Origin: Lama guanicoe
Lineage: Eukaryota
Reading direction: 5' to 3'
NCBI GenBank assembly: GCA_013239625.1
Contig: MU054212.1
Location: forward strand, 8,914,898 to 8,978,897
DNA length: 64,000 bases
Shown here: piece by piece, positions 61,574 through 64,000 of the stretch
How the letters are laid out: every line of letters begins with the position of its first letter
Position numbering within the stretch: position 1 is the first letter of the stretch
The notes under the pieces: generated by a model
The model's database searches: none
Seen by the model: only the letters and a program-made list of their open reading frames with translations
What the model was told of the DNA's origin: nothing
Position numbers and translations under genes: made by a program

Positions 61574-62560
61574 TGTGGTTTCTGTTAAGAAATGTGTATT
61601 TGTTTTTTGAGTTCTTTTTTTTTAATTTTAATTTTTTAATTTTTTATTGGAGTGTAGTTGGTTTACAATGTTAGTTTCAGGTGTTCAGCAAAGTGACTCA
61701 GTTATACATATATATTTATATTTTCTTTTCAGATTCTTTTCCACTACACATTATTACAAGAAACTGAATACAGTTCCCTGTGCTGTACAGTCGGTTCTTG
61801 TTGTTTATCTGTTTTATGTATAGATATGTGTATCTGAAAATGCTAATTTTAAAGAGCACAGATTTATAATTAAGAAATCTCTATTTGATCTTCATCTGGC
61901 ACAGAGCTCTTACAACCTCTGAAATTTCTTGAGAGCAACAAAGGTGTTTTTTGTTGAGATAATGAGGTGACTTCTGGACCCACACCTTGGGATGGGGACT
62001 GGTTGCCAGCAGGGCCAGCCATGTGATTAGAGGGTTGGAACTTTCCAGTTTACCCCCTTGACCTTCAGGGAGGTAAGAAAGGGTAGAGGTTGAATAAATC
62101 TTTAGTGGCCAGGGATTTAATCAGTTAATCATGACCATGTAATGGCGCCTCCATTAAAAACTCAAAAAGGATGGGGTTCGGAATGCTTCTGGGCTGGTGA
62201 CCACATGGAGATTCAGGGAGAGCAGCAGGCTTGGAGAGGGCATGGAAGAGCCTCGCCTTCTCCCCATGCTTTGCCCTGAGCATCTCGTCCATGTGGCTGT
62301 TACATCCCTTTGTAATAAGCTGGTGATCTAGTGAGTGAGATGTTTCTCTGAGTTCTGGGAGCCACTCTAGCAGAGTAATCAGATGCAAGGAGGGGATCGT
62401 TGGAACCTGTGATCTGTTGCCAGTCGGTTGATCAGAAGCAGGGGTAACAGCCTGGACTTGTGATTGGCCTCTGAAGTGGGTGGGGGCGGCCTTGCAGGAC
62501 TACTTGTAGGGAGATAGGGTCAGAATTGAGTTGAATTGTAGGACACCTGTCTGGTAGTTT
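61574..62560 (+). mobile_element. MER21-like ERV LTR, interrupted near its start by an L1
   Basis: ctggcacagagctc...ggatggggactggttgccag...ccatgtgattagagggttggaacttt...aatcatgaccatgtaatgg...gagagggcatggaag...tctctgagttctgggagccactctagca...tcagaattgagttgaattgtaggacac. Confidence 0.85.
61603..61836 (-). mobile_element. Cetartiodactyl-type L1 3' end inserted in MER21
   Basis: T-rich tail then attggagtgtagttggtttacaatgttagtttcaggtgttcagcaaagtgactcag...ttccctgtgctgtacag. Confidence 0.9.
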
Positions 62561-63339
62561 GAAAACTGCTTGCTGTCCAGGAACCCAAAAGAGCCACTCA
62601 GGAGATTGTAAAACTGACAAATATTTAAATTTAATTTGTTTACTTCAGAAATGGGTTTCTTTGGTATTTTCTCAGGAAGAAGAATAAAAGGCAGTGAATA
62701 GAATGTGAAAGTAAACAGAAAGGAAAGAAGCCGTGGAAGGGGGTAGGATGTCCTTTAAAGAGTGTTTCCGGGAGGACTCTCGGTTCTGCGGGGTATGGTG
62801 TGAAGCTGGAAATGCACAGTGCGTGGTTTCCGGTGGCTCGGTGCCAGGCAGGGGGATGTGTATGGGGTCTGGGGGGGCCACTCGCTACCCCCACCCTGGG
62901 TGGTCTGGGGTCTCCATGGAGCCATGAACCTTCAGTCTGGGTCCTGAGGATGGATGTAAGATGGTGGTGATTGGGGCTAATGACCTGATAGATGCCTGCT
63001 CTATGAAACAGAGCCTGCTTCACTTCTTTGAGGGGTTGGGGTGGATGCTCTTGGCCTCAGAAGTAAGAAGTGGATGACAACTGTCGAAGAACAAATGAAG
63101 AAGCCCGTGAAGCATCGTGAAGGGCGATCCGTGGATCCTCCCATGGCTGGCGGTGGAGTGTGCCCCAATGGGGAGTGCTGGCTCTGATTGTTCAGAACGC
63201 GGTGTGTGGCCAAGGCCTGGTGGGCGCCCTGTGCGGGCGGCATATGGAGGCTTTGAGAGCCCTTCTAGTCCTAGTGTCCCCTGTTCTTTGGTGGGCTTCT
63301 TCCTGCGTGGGTGAGCAGTGTGCCCTAGATGTCACCTGG

Positions 63340-63371
63340 GGATGGACAGGTGGATGGATGGATGGATGGAT
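63340..63371. repeat. (GGAT)n microsatellite
   Basis: ggatggacaggtggatggatggatggatggat. Confidence 0.8.
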
Positions 63372-63574
63372 AGAAGGAGCACAGGGATTTGGGTCTGAAG
63401 ATTTTGTCTCAAAGCAGAGTTGGCGTCATTATGAATCATGACGCTCCCCCTGCCACGGCACCTGAGTCCAAGGGAGGAGGACAAACACCGGCTTCACGGC
63501 GCGTTTTGGGGGTTTGTGCTGCACTGAGTCATCCTCCGGCCCCATCAGCACGATTGAGCAGCTGCTCTGTGCAG

Positions 63575-63990
63575 GGCGCTTAATGTAGGTTATTCCATTT
63601 ATCCTCCTGACACATTCATTATCCTTACTTTACAGGGGAAGAAACTGATTCAGAGAGCTTTGGTAGCTCACCCAGGGGCAAAGAGCTAAATGGCAAAGTT
63701 GTATTCAAATCCACATCTGATTCACTATTCAATAGAAAAGTCCTGTTCTGTTACTTTTGACAAAGTTTTCCAGAGCAGAAAGGGAAGTTTCCACTAAGCA
63801 TTAAATGAACTGTCTTCCCACCAGACCCTGAGCGAAGCCCTCCGCAGATACCATCTCCTGTAATCCCGACCATAACCTCTGAGGGGGATTGCAGTTCCCA
63901 TTTAACAGATGAGGAGACTGAGGCACTTATGCTCTGATTACTTGGGCAAGGTCTCTGGGGGAATGACAGTGTAACTGAGCAGGACTCTGG
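63575..63990 (-). mobile_element. Two MIR fragments (63575-63730 and 63850-63990)
   Basis: attatccttactttacaggggaagaaactgattcagagag...; cccatttaacagatgaggagactgaggcac. Confidence 0.8.
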
Positions 63991-64000
63991 AGGGCTTCCC

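Larger units (their letters stand above)
51838..64000 (+). other. FHOD3: FHOD3 intron 3 (5' part)
   Basis: Starts at GTGAGT; the next exon (EKLYNSSGRDL...) was not found in the window. Confidence 0.88.

Overview
Mammalian genomic DNA, most likely a camelid (alpaca/camel lineage): two vic-1-like tRNA-derived SINEs and cetartiodactyl-type L1/ERV1 LTRs are present, and I saw no Alu, B1, BovB, Bov-tA or PRE-1. The whole window lies inside the + strand formin gene FHOD3. Two coding exons are visible: 42699-42805 (107 nt, LDDCTLQLSHNGTYLDLEATLAEQRDELEGFQDDAG) and 51773-51837 (65 nt, RGKKHSIILRTQLSVRVHACI), matching exons 2 and 3 of the N-terminal GBD region. The rest is intron (end of intron 1, an 8967-nt intron 2, start of intron 3) filled with transposon relics: L1 of several ages (many with target-site duplications, TSDs), L2, CR1/L3, MIR, MaLR/ERVL/ERV1 solo LTRs, and hAT and Tigger elements. 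I found no prokaryotic-type system, CRISPR array or novel protein-coding gene. The most unusual observations are (i) a 54-bp inverted duplication of unique sequence pasted into an old MLT1 LTR about 400 bp away, which would form a long pre-mRNA duplex, (ii) three polypyrimidine-YAG|GTRAG motifs along intron 1 (candidate recursive splice sites), (iii) a tandem pair of perfect CRE palindromes, and (iv) several nested transposon insertions. Repeat subfamily names come from recalled consensus sequences and need RepeatMasker/Dfam confirmation.
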